Assembly: GCF_964355755.1 (NCBI RefSeq)
Contig: NC_092670.1
Location: 7,802,201 to 7,866,200, forward strand
Length of the DNA stretch: 64,000 bases
Direction: 5' to 3'
Origin: Antedon mediterranea
Taxonomy: Eukaryota > Animalia > Echinodermata
Each line of letters opens with the position of its first letter. Within the stretch, counting starts at the first letter, position 1. The notes under the pieces were generated by a model. The model ran no database searches and was not told where the DNA came from. It saw only the letters and a list, made by a program, of their open reading frames with translations. A program made the position numbers and the translations under genes. Positions 53,436 through 64,000 of the stretch are shown here, one piece after another.

Positions 53436-56400
53436 TAATTTCACTACTCGAGATCATAATGACATTAAACGAATTAATTGAATTAAGATAGGCCTGATGG
53501 GGTGGTGCTAGAGAGGGGTGAGTGGGGTATTGCTTGTCCCCTGTCGTAACAAAACAACTAAAATCTATCATGTTTTCATATATTTTATTTACTATTATTG
53601 TGAACGCAAAGTTAAACAAAACAAAATGTGGAGCTGAGCTACCGTAGGGACGAGGCGGTCGTTTGACAAAACACCACTAATCAAATATTTCATCCTATGG
53701 CATGCTCCGTGCTTATTGTTATTAGGTCCCTTTAAAGCTCAGGTACAGGTTTGAATTTAAATGAAATATTTGGTTAATTGTACATAAATCAAATATTTTG
53801 TAAAAGAAATCAAGACGAAAAAACATGAATTTCCCTTAATATGGTCAAATACAAAATTTGGCAAAATTCTTCCATTAAAAACCAGGAAGACTTTTTTTCA
53901 GTAGTTAGGTAGTTAACTTAATGTAATAACATGTCTGGTGACTCCCTAGACGGTGAAAAAGATGGGGAATATACGGTGGATAATTTTTGCTATAGCATGT
54001 AAATAAAAATCTGAAGTTGAATAAAAATATCAGAAATGTAATATTCAAGTTATATTACCTATATTTAGTCATCTGATAACATTTTTTACCAAACCGTTTA
54101 TTTGTCATAGTTTTTTTAAAATGCCTCTCTATTTACAAAATTTGTGTACAAAAGAATAGAGATTTTACTGGGTAATTTTAACTATCCACCCACTGATAAG
54201 AAAGTACTTATTTTCAACAAGCTCGTGTAACACAAATAAAATCTCAAAAATTATGCAACATAGGTGAAACTATAGATCGATAATTATTGGAATGTATGAT
54301 CAATAGAAATGTTTGGCTCGCACCTGGCCTTTAACCACAACATACGTTTTATAATTAACGAATACATTAGAGTATTATTTAATATTACTACACAGGTTAT
54401 ACAAATAAGCCTTAGGTCCGATATTGTGCAGGTGAGTATCCCTTAGGGCTTGGACGTCAAATCGGTTTTCTTTCAAATGTCGGCATGTTCTACGATGGTA
54501 TTTTACCCACAATGTAAACATAATGCATATACGGTGCACAGACATTGTCGGTTTGTCAAACAAATTCGTAAGATAAGGTGGTTTTTATTCTCCCAACACA
54601 AATATTGCTCTAAAATAACTTATCTTCTTGACGTTATTATTTATAGTATGCAATTAACTACTGTATGTATTGTATTGGCTTAATAAATGTCAACGTCACT
54701 TTATACCTAATTTTAAAAATGCTAAATTAAACACATCTAATAATTAAGTCTATTTTTGTTGTCCCTTCTTGCTAAGTTGTTCATTGGCGATTCTACTTCA
54801 ACTTAGATAATCTGTACATATTTAAAAAGGTAATGAATGATTGGATCCTTTCTCTGCTCTCCCTTGTAGACATTTTAGGCCTATAGATATCAAAAACATT
54901 AACCAGGGTAGCCCTGCATTTGATATGACAACCCTCGTTTATGTTAGGCAGCTGCATCAGTCTACAGTATTGCGACAAACCCAAGGGTTGTGGTGCTGGG
55001 GCATACGACGGTCAATGCCTTGATGAACCCCGTCTTATACTGTAAGAATGTTTTCTAGTTTATGGACAGTTTGTCTACATTCGCAAAGTGCTCTGTCAAA
55101 ACCAATTCACACTGCGTAATGGTGACATTCAATGTTACATTATTTTAATCAAAAAAGACTTTCTGAAATGTACGCAAATGTCCCTAACATTATTCCTTCA
55201 GTAAGGTTAGGCATAATCTAAATAGCAACATACGTGAATAGATATAGTTCTACATAATGTCATTTTTTGTTCTAATAAATATAGTTGTTCAAAGATGGAA
55301 CAGTCTTCATTAACGCGTTTGTTTAGCAAATATATAAAACCAAATATATAAAACCAAACATAATGTAAAATATCACAAGTTAATTGTATAATAAATAAAT
55401 TAAAACAGTATGTATATGAAATATCGGTTAAGGAATGGAAAAAATGTCTATCTATAATTCATACGTAAATCTATAAACAAAAGTTGCAACAGGAGTTAGA
55501 TAAGGAACGAACCGTTATGGCTATGGTTATTATATTAGATTATTTGCAAATCAAAATGACTATGACGTGACGTATTTATTTTGTTGGAATGCAGCCATAC
55601 TTAGAAGAAAACCGGCAGGTAAAAATCCGACAAATTCTTGTTTGACGTACATATTTTTGAACAAAAAAAGCTCAAAAACTCAAACAAAGTTTTAAAACCC
55701 ACCATAAAGTTAGGTCTACCACATATTAACTTTGTTAAATTTACCATACACCTGGGATATTTATGTCTAGCATTAGGCGTATAACATTTATAGGCCTACA
55801 GAGTAGGTTTGGACTGGATGTTTTTCGAGACAGTATGGTTGTTTATGGATTAATATTAGTTCTCTACACATTCCCATCTATGCTAACAGCTCTTAACAAT
55901 TAATGGTGTATACAGATTATTTAACATGCACCTTAAAATGTGTATTGAATTGTAAATCACCATGAGCATAATATACGCAGCGCAAGGTCATGGCTTGACA
56001 CGCAACGCAGTAGTAAATTTACCAATCACAATCAACGGATTATCCGATCCGAATTGACTTTGTAGTGATCGTTTGGTGACTAAATAGTGATCGCTTGGTG
56101 ACTACGATCTCTGGCGGTATTATGAAAAGAAAAAAAATAATTTGATCTTCTCTAAAAGTATTCATATTTCGTGATTGGCGCCCTCTTTTTACATTATCAT
56201 AATAATTGCGTTGCAGCTTTTCATAATTTAGTTGAAAATATGTATGGGTTGGGGGGAACTCTATTATTTCTGACGTCACGGTTATGTATAGTGATTCACG
56301 GGTGTTGATTTTGCGTCGTTACGTAATTGAAATCAATATAATAATTATAAAATAAAAAATGTAAAATCTACAAACAGATGAATGTATTTTAATTCATTAC

Positions 56401-56813
56401 ATCTGCCAAATTTACTTAAACTATCAATATTACTATCAATAGTTGTTGGGTATTATAAATACTGTTGTAATTGCCATGACAGTGAAATAATGCTAATAAC
56501 TTTAAAATATTAGGTTACATACACCTGTCTCAAGTTTGTTTAGATTTTAGCCATGAACTGGTCGAGTGGGGACAACTTTTACATTCACTTTACGAAAATT
56601 GACCTATGAACTAGTACAATAAATATTATAGAATTGTTAGGCACTTCTAATACTCACAAATTGAGAGATACGAAAAACATAAGGTTTTGTCACGTTCTTG
56701 TTATATTCTAACCTTTACGAAAACTAAGGGTAGGCCTACATGGAATGGTTACAACAAACGGCAGGTACAAAAAAAAAAGCACAGGTCTGTCAGAGACAAC
56801 GTTGACGTTCGCG

Positions 56814-56962
56814 ATTGAATTGAATTGAATTTAAATATTTTATTTATACTAGGCGACCTCTTCAGTCAAAGACTGGTCTCCCAGAGGTCAGTGGCTGTGA
56901 TGTACTAGTACACCGGAGTAACCCGCTCCTCATCTGGAAAGATGTACAAGGTTCTTTAAAGA
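56814..56962 (-). mobile_element. 5'-truncated SINE (Deu/Nin-domain-like) with L2-type tail
   Basis: The minus strand reads CTTTAAAGAACCTTGTACATCTTTCCAGATGAGGAGCGGGTTACTCCGGTGT, resembling the Nin/Deu core as recalled (not searched). It continues GACCAGTCTTTGACTGAAGAGGTCGCCTAGTAT, AATAAAAT and an (ATTCA)n tail. Confidence 0.55.
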
Positions 56963-58822
56963 CCAACAAACGTTTGAACGCATGAATCTGAAATATTTAT
57001 CTAAAAATAGGCTAATATTTCGATATACTTTGGTAGTGTTGGTTCATTATAGTAGAAAGAATGTACTGTATAACATAAAACAACACGCACATTTTGAACC
57101 AACCTGAGGTTTCACATCATCCATGTTTAATGATTTAGATATACTTTACATTTGACCTTTACCTCCGTCCCCCTCAAATTTAACATTTTATATCTAAGGC
57201 CAGTTCGTTTTTAAAACATATTATTCGTTTTCAACCGTTCTCAGCATAAATACAAGTTATTATTCTCACCTGTCTATTCCGCGAATGCTCACCAACCAAT
57301 GGGAGCTGGGTCATTGGATAAGCATAACTACCAAACGACCACTTTCGCCACTCATCTAGGCCAGGCATCAGTGGCCATTCTAACTGTTGAGTCTTAAACA
57401 ATCTGGTGGTAGGCAAGCAGTTGTAGGGCCTAGCCAGACATTCAGAAAGAACCGTGTAGAGTCTTTCCTTTTAAAGAAAATTGTTATAGTACTGCTATAG
57501 TATTATTTTTTCTAAAAAAAATCAGGGGTCAAGAAATCGTTATTCTTCTTCTACGTCCAGTAATTCCATAGCGGTTCTGTTTCAGTGACGATCAAAACAA
57601 GGACATTGAATGGTGAGATATGATCACGTGGTACACTTTTGTAGAATGGCGGATAATTTCAACGTGCATTGTTCACCGTGATTATACTCATAACAACAAT
57701 TAGTTGTACTGTACTTTTTTAGGGACTACGATCAAACCTGTAAAATAAATTATAGACCCGGATGTGTATGAAGAAAAACATTATAATAATTAATAAATAA
57801 ATCAACGTCTCAATGTTGCAAATACTGTATTTTTTTTTTATAGATTTTTGAATAAACAAGATATAATAAATAATATTACTACATTTAAATGCAAGGCCTA
57901 TTTTTCTTACATTATTCAATAAATCAAAAACACAAAACAGGTTTAACATGTCGGGTTCCTCATTCTGTCGACTTGAAAATAGTGGTGTATCATGTTTTAC
58001 AGTTTTTCATAGCCAAGTCATGTCAAATTATGAGCTGAATTTGATTTGCTTTTTTTTTTTTGCTGTTTAACCTCTCTATAAATAGCCAAGCATAATAATG
58101 AATTAAATACAAGAAATCAGGTAATAGTTTAGTAACTATATATAGCTGATTTGCATATTTTTAGCCATTTCGAATATTTAACAGGGAATCATGATATAAT
58201 TGATCGAATTATTGCACAAATTAGTATAAGTATTCCCCGAAGATTGTCTTTGATACAGCAGTTATCGTAGGATCAAGAATCCAGAAATCGTAGACTCATC
58301 ATCAAAATCAAATAGTCACTTTAACCATGACGAAGCCATAATGTCGGCCTAATCTTATATACCGTTTAGGCATTTGGATTGTTTTCTGTTACAGGCAGTT
58401 TTAGATACTTTGTTATGTCATATTTATGCTTTTATATAGCACAGGTTGATGTGTAAGTATGCGCAACAGATGACGAGTTTGATAGTCCTATACAGAAATC
58501 ACAAAGAATAACTTTTCCGATGCCGGCATTTAGATCATCCCTCAGAACGCCGTTAAGTAGGCGTCAGTGAGAGGAGGAGTAGGTCTAATACACGCTAATC
58601 TGCGACATGGCGTGTTCAGACGGGCAAAATATAGACATAACGTTAACTTTACAACAGTTCTTACAAGAAACGAATACAATACTTTGTTTGTCTGTTTCAA
58701 TATTTTATTCTCCCTTCACAGATATCATACCGTGAAGGGCAATATATAAATCAATTATTCGATAATTCATAACCTTTTTCAATGGTACAAAACATTGAAA
58801 ATTATCCACGCACGTAATCCAA

Positions 58823-58955
58823 AGCTCTGTCTACACTATCAAACAAGTTTGACAAAAAAGTGTGCCCGAATATGGTAGTGATATGACGTCATCGTGGCCA
58901 TATATGGGCACATCACGTATTTTATCACATAACGTTTGATAGTGTATAGATAGCT
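58823..58955. mobile_element. MITE family A, complete
   Basis: AGCTCTGTCTACACTATCAAAC ... GTTTGATAGTGTATAGATAGCT. Confidence 0.8.
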
Positions 58956-60492
58956 TAGACATCAAGGCATTTGGTGCTTTTTTTCAAACAAAATTTTGCA
59001 GCATGACAGAATAAACACGTTTCTCATCATTTGCGAAGTTTGTTTGATATATACCGTCATATAATACAGAAATTTCTATTCGACAAGACACTACCGATTT
59101 TAATGGCCGATTCTCGGTACTTTCTTATTTAGGCAAGCCATGTAAAAGTTGTTGTATCTCGGAATGTGCCTATGCTAGGTACAAATATTAAGATACAGCA
59201 CTGTGAATCTTGTGAATTTATCGAATTAGGATATAATCTTTACCCTTATCCTTGAATGTCTTTCTGAATAATATTAAGTACGTCCCGTTAATTTGCAAAT
59301 TATAAAGAGTAATTCGTTAATTATCTATAGTAAATAGCTGCATATGAAACTACTTCCTCGCATAGGCCTGACAGATTGATAATAACATAAACACGACATC
59401 TGACGCCGCGCGCGTACAATTAGCGATAATAATACATACTACTAATACATAATGTCGCACGTCAATTGTGCGTCTAATTCAGTAAATCACCCATATCAAT
59501 ATCATATTGAAATTTTACCTGTTGGTTGAAAACCAATCAACACGTCATTAATATAAACATAATAAATTATTATTTTTATAGTAAATAATATTTTAAAAAA
59601 TAATAAATAAATGTACAATAATAAATTTATTTCTAATAATAACGTCATACTAATATTTTATATCAAAATCAAAAAGAGGACGGCGTTATCAAATACCTAA
59701 TATATAAACCTTTATTGTGGCCTTTAGCGAGAAAAAAAGTAAAAATGTATTATCGCATTATCGTTGTACTATTGGCACTTTGTGTCAATTGAACTTATTT
59801 ATTAAAGAAACTAATTTACGAACAAATACTAAATTAATAAAACAATAAAGAGAATAAAAAAGCATCAAAACTATACATGAATATAACATGTTTATAATAC
59901 ACAATTTCTTTGGGTTTTCATAAAAGCCTACATGTAGGCCAGGCTAATCACAAAGTTTAGACATTGCTAGGATAGTTATACAACACTTTCATTAATTAAC
60001 TATGAATATACAGTAGACCAAATATCAGTATATACAAAATATTTAAGGCTTAGCAACGACTAACAATTCAGCGGGACACTCATTGGCAACAAGTACAACG
60101 GTTGTCCTAATTTAAAAAAAAGAATGATATAAAAATATTTAACAAACTTAAAAATGAACTAATATTTTTCTTTTTAGAATCATATATAAGTATAACTGTA
60201 ACATTTTAATAATTTTGAATAAATTAACTATAAATTTATAAAAATTCAAGGAGTTTAATTCAGATATATAAATAAAAGAAAGTAAATCAAGTACACCCAT
60301 AGTAAAAAATGTTGAAACAAATAATACAAAAAGGCTAGACATGCATGAAATAAAATCATTACCAGCCTTACCACCATTATTAGGCATTAAAAATGCCACA
60401 TTTTACCACCATTAGCATGTTGAGCTGGGTACGGTACCCATTCACCTACAAACTCCGCAGCAGTCAAATAGGTCTGAACTCTTTGAGCGCCG

Positions 60493-60842
60493 CGGTGTGT
60501 TTTCAATTGGTGCGTTAATTTTACCAATTGAGTAGTCCTGTACGAAATGAGCTAAACAAAACACACCTGGCTTACAAAACAGTATAAACAAATTATACTA
60601 TATACATTGTAACAATGATGGATTTATTAATATAATAGTATCTATTTTGAAATACCAATTTTAAAGTTGATTGTTTTCAATCGGTGTGTTTATTTTACAA
60701 ATTGAGTATACGAAATGAGCTAAACAAAATACAACATGGCTTACAAAAACAGTATAAATAAATTATACTACAAAAATAACTATGGATAGTAAATGTAATA
60801 ATATAATAGTATCTATTTTGAAATACCAATTTTAAAGTTGAT
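60493..60842. repeat. Degenerate tandem duplication of ~185 bp
   Basis: TACGAAATGAGCTAAACAAAA...GGCTTACAAAA.CAGTATAAA...ATATAATAGTATCTATTTTGAAATACCAATTTTAAAGTTGATT is present at about 60541-60673 and 60709-60843. Confidence 0.88.
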
Positions 60843-61646
60843 TTATGACAGATGATTTTCAAAAAATAATTACTTTTGAAACCTTCTGTCATTTCAGGTC
60901 ACAAGACATTCTTAATTTTAACCAGGGAGAACAAAACTGTTTAAGGAGCACAAGTCAAGCAAATGTTACCGATTTAAAAATCGTCAGATCGTATTGGTCT
61001 AAATCACACTTCCGTTCATGATTTAATAAAGTTTCTGCAAACGTTCTATGCATATACTTGGCTAGTAATACACGACGTTTATGCACAAACAAGTCAAGCC
61101 AAACAAAAAATGCTCAACATGCACAAAATAATTGCGAAGTGCAAATGGCATAACGAGATTACAAGAAAATCTACTCAATTAGTTAGTTTTTTTTTTCCAA
61201 TGTATCCCGCAGAACTACATTTTCTCGTTCGTTTTCCTCATTTAGTTGCAGAACACAGCATTCTTGCGTCCTTGGATTTTAGCCTCAGATCACGCATTGA
61301 GGTCTCGCCGGAAATATGTCATCCGCGCAGGCTCTTGGATCTAAAGTTCCCCTGAGACAAGAGACCTAGCTAGCTCAGTGTCTATGAACTTCTTAACCTT
61401 TATAAACTATTGAGTAAATTTTTAACGATATATCCACAGTTTACTCATATTTTATCATAAAGTAATCTCCTTGTTCTGATCCGTTCTAAAATGTTCCGGC
61501 GGAACTGTTGATTTTTCCAAATCTACCAGAATGTACGGTAACGGATGCACAGTAAAAAAGCTCATTCTCAATAAAATGGCGACCTTCGTTCATCATTTTG
61601 CGTCCAATGGTTGGCCAAGATCTCTGCCACCATATCAAGCTGGTAA

Positions 61647-61719
61647 TGTAACGCATTGCAAAAGATGGTAACGCATTGCGAAAGATGGTAACGCATTGTG
61701 AAAGATGGTAAGGCATCGC
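61647..61719. repeat. 20-bp minisatellite GGTAACGCATTGCGAAAGAT, about 3.5 copies
   Basis: Direct reading. It lies downstream of the stop codon of the PDGF/VEGF-like gene, in the probable 3' UTR. Confidence 0.85.
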
Positions 61720-61892
61720 AGTGCACGTTCTTCACACACACACACACACATCTTATCTTTGTGCAATCGGTAGCATTAAATGCTATCTATTCGTCAATCG
61801 AGGTTGCATCCTGGCCATTTTACATAAATAGTTTAAATTAGTTGACTGTACAATATATTCTAATAAATATGTTTATTCTCTACTAGCTAGTC

Positions 61893-63028
61893 TCATAACA
61901 CCGACCGTTCTACCGTTACCCATTCACATCTGCATCTGCCTTCCTCTGAATTGAAAAGCATTCCTTCTATGCACGACGGTGTTCCATAATCACCCGATTT
62001 GACATTTCTGAAAGAAAAAAAGGAAAACAATTTATTACGTTTAAATCGATGATTGAAAATAAAGTGATTTGGTAGCTTTAATCGTTCGATTCAACAAGTG
62101 ACCAGACTTGATATCCAGGAAGATTATACAAATCTGTTTAGGTCACTTTCAAAGTTAGCATTATTACACCATTTTGAATGGCAGTATTCATTAAGCTTGG
62201 TTCCAACTTGCAACGCAACGCAAGTTAACCAATTACAAGCGACAGATGATCCGATTCATCGTGTCACAACATTATTTGCGTCGCACTTTTGTCCTTTGCG
62301 TTGCGAAACCAGTCCTTAGACCTTACCGGAACCCTAGTTAAAATTATCGCAATTATACCATTGTATCATTAGCTGCTGTTCCGTAGGCATACTAATATAG
62401 CACCGATGCTCTCGCAGTATCTTACCGTACGTGTTGGTGAATGATAATAGTTAAACTTTGCTTACCTGCAATGCTTTGAGTTAACTTCTTTTCTGCCTTT
62501 CATAAATTTTTCACAGTTTTTGTCTTCGTTGTCACATTCACATTTGCAAGTTGTTTCGTTGGTGTGGAATGGTTTTGGGCATTTGATATACCCACACAAT
62601 GAGGGCGTTCTTCGAGAGTCCTCGCAAGCGCAATTTGAAGGATCCATTGTAGTTCCCGTCGGACATGGATTTGCACATTCGCATTGTTTGGTTTCCAAAG
62701 AAAAAACTTGTCCTTCTGAGCAGTTTCGGTGTTCGACTTCTCCAGATTCGATCTCTTCAACTTCATTCTCTTCGACTTCGTTCCGTTCTGCTTCCTTTTC
62801 ACCCTTTACATTTTCACATTGACACAAATATTGGTTAAGAGCAGAGCCAGTTGGGCAGACTATGTTTAAACATCTGCAGACTGCTATGGTTTCATCAAAT
62901 TCCTGATTCTCACCACATGAACTTACTTCTTCTCTTTGATCTGTGTTCTGTGAATGACAACTACAACGCGTGTCTTCTAGTTCTTCGAACCTTCGAACTG
63001 TCAGCTCATGATTTTCTATGTGTAGGTA
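61893..63028 (-). CDS. 3' part of a probable PDGF/VEGF-family growth factor with VEGF-C-like cysteine-rich (CXCXC-type) tail; exons 63028-62466 and 62007-61893, 5' exons outside the window
   Basis: After a TTTAG acceptor the frame reads YLHIENHELTVRRFEELEDTRCSC, resembling the final CxC of the PDGF/VEGF cystine knot. Repeats follow: CGENQEFDETIAVCRC, CPTGSALNQYLCQC, CSEGQVFSLETKQCEC, CPTGTTMDPSNCAC, CPKPFHTNETTCKCEC. A phase-2 GTAAG..TTTCAG intron leads to RNVKSGDYGTPSCIEGMLFNSEEGRCRCEWVTVERSVL*. The exon structure is well supported; the family call is less certain. Confidence 0.75.
62194..62316. mobile_element. MITE family B copy in the last intron of the PDGF/VEGF-like gene
   Basis: TTA|AGCTTGGTTCCAACTTGCAACGCAACGCAAG ... 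TTGCGTTGCGAAACCAGTCCT. Confidence 0.6.
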
Positions 63029-64000
63029 CTAAATGAATTTAAAAAATATATATATAGAAATATATTAAAATAAAACTTTGGTAATAAAAATGTGGCATTT
63101 TAAACACAGTGAATAGTGTTTTCTTCTTTTTCGTATTCGTATTTAATGTTTTATCTTGGGGTGGGTAAAGTCTTTCTGACTTATATGACCCTCACACTCC
63201 CCCTCCCCCACCAAAAAATGAGTACTTCATTGTATTTATTATCCTCTATGTTATTATATTGTGGAAATAAATTAAATTGAAATTGAAATAAATCTTTTCC
63301 ATGTTTTCCCCTCTATGTGGCGGCTCTGGGCAAAATAGCCTCACTATTTTAATTGTGACTTCTGCAATTATACAGTAGATATTGGGTCACAATAATATAG
63401 CATACAGTACTATTTATTGTTAACAGCTGAAGTACATTGTTGGTTTACTTCCTTCTTCAACAATCAAACAAACAAAAATGATGGTGAGTGCAGATAAAAC
63501 ATTTCTTTAGCCGATTATTGTCGAAGTAGAACTAAAATTTACTATTGTTTGAAGTTGTGTCTAAACAAACTCTATTCTAATAGTATAGGTCACCGGAGCG
63601 TGGCCGCCTAGGGTGAATAAAAGACTTTAATTACACTAAATTGACACATGTCATTACTGTATGAAAGATTCATTCAAAAACGAGGTCATTCATTGGTATC
63701 TCCCCAGTATAGGAGTTTAAAGAACTGAGAATAATCTTTTATTCGTTTTTACTAAAATTGCATTTTACTTATTATTATAATACTAATAATAAGGCATATT
63801 ACACGAAGCAGTGCTGATGTGCGAGACCATGATATAGCCAAAGGGCATGGGAAAAGATATTTCATGAACTTTCTATTACCTGCCACACAAATTTAAACTC
63901 TTAGCGCCATTAACCATTGGATGCCAATTGTGTATGCCGACATACAGTAAGTGTAGAAACGACGAGATTGATGTTTAAGAAATACTGTTTTCATATTTAT

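Noticed and set aside
63878-63975. Candidate upstream exon of the PDGF/VEGF-like gene (minus-strand CAG|GTAATA donor)
   Set aside because: The required phase-0 frame has a TAA seven codons upstream of the donor and no PDGF cysteine pattern.
1-64000. tRNA, rRNA or snRNA genes
   Set aside because: No cloverleaf or conserved rRNA/snRNA motifs were recognised by eye. A tRNAscan-SE or Infernal run would be needed to exclude them.

Overview
AT-rich, intron-containing animal genomic DNA, not prokaryotic. The repeat families and gene content suggest an invertebrate deuterostome, possibly an echinoderm (inference). Reading by eye gives three recognisable protein-coding genes, all on the minus strand: a complete 9-exon classical short-chain dehydrogenase/reductase (22123-26109, 261 aa), an intronless Fer3/FERD3L (Nato3)-type bHLH gene (33281-34105), and the last two coding exons of a probable PDGF/VEGF-family ligand with a cysteine-rich tail (61893-63028). 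A fourth, unrecognised small spliced gene (+, 16437-16889, 91 aa) has an RFX-like promoter and a tandemly triplicated last exon. The rest is intergenic and repeat-rich: a 5'-truncated LINE with a 12-bp TSD interrupted by a second insertion, a 2.3-kb non-autonomous TIR transposon, several MITE families, a SINE fragment, a 48-bp satellite array and a (GAT)n microsatellite. The most striking unexplained signal is a large excess of the palindrome TAGGCCTA, which forms dense tracts just downstream of putative first splice donors. Coordinates were read manually and no database searches were run.
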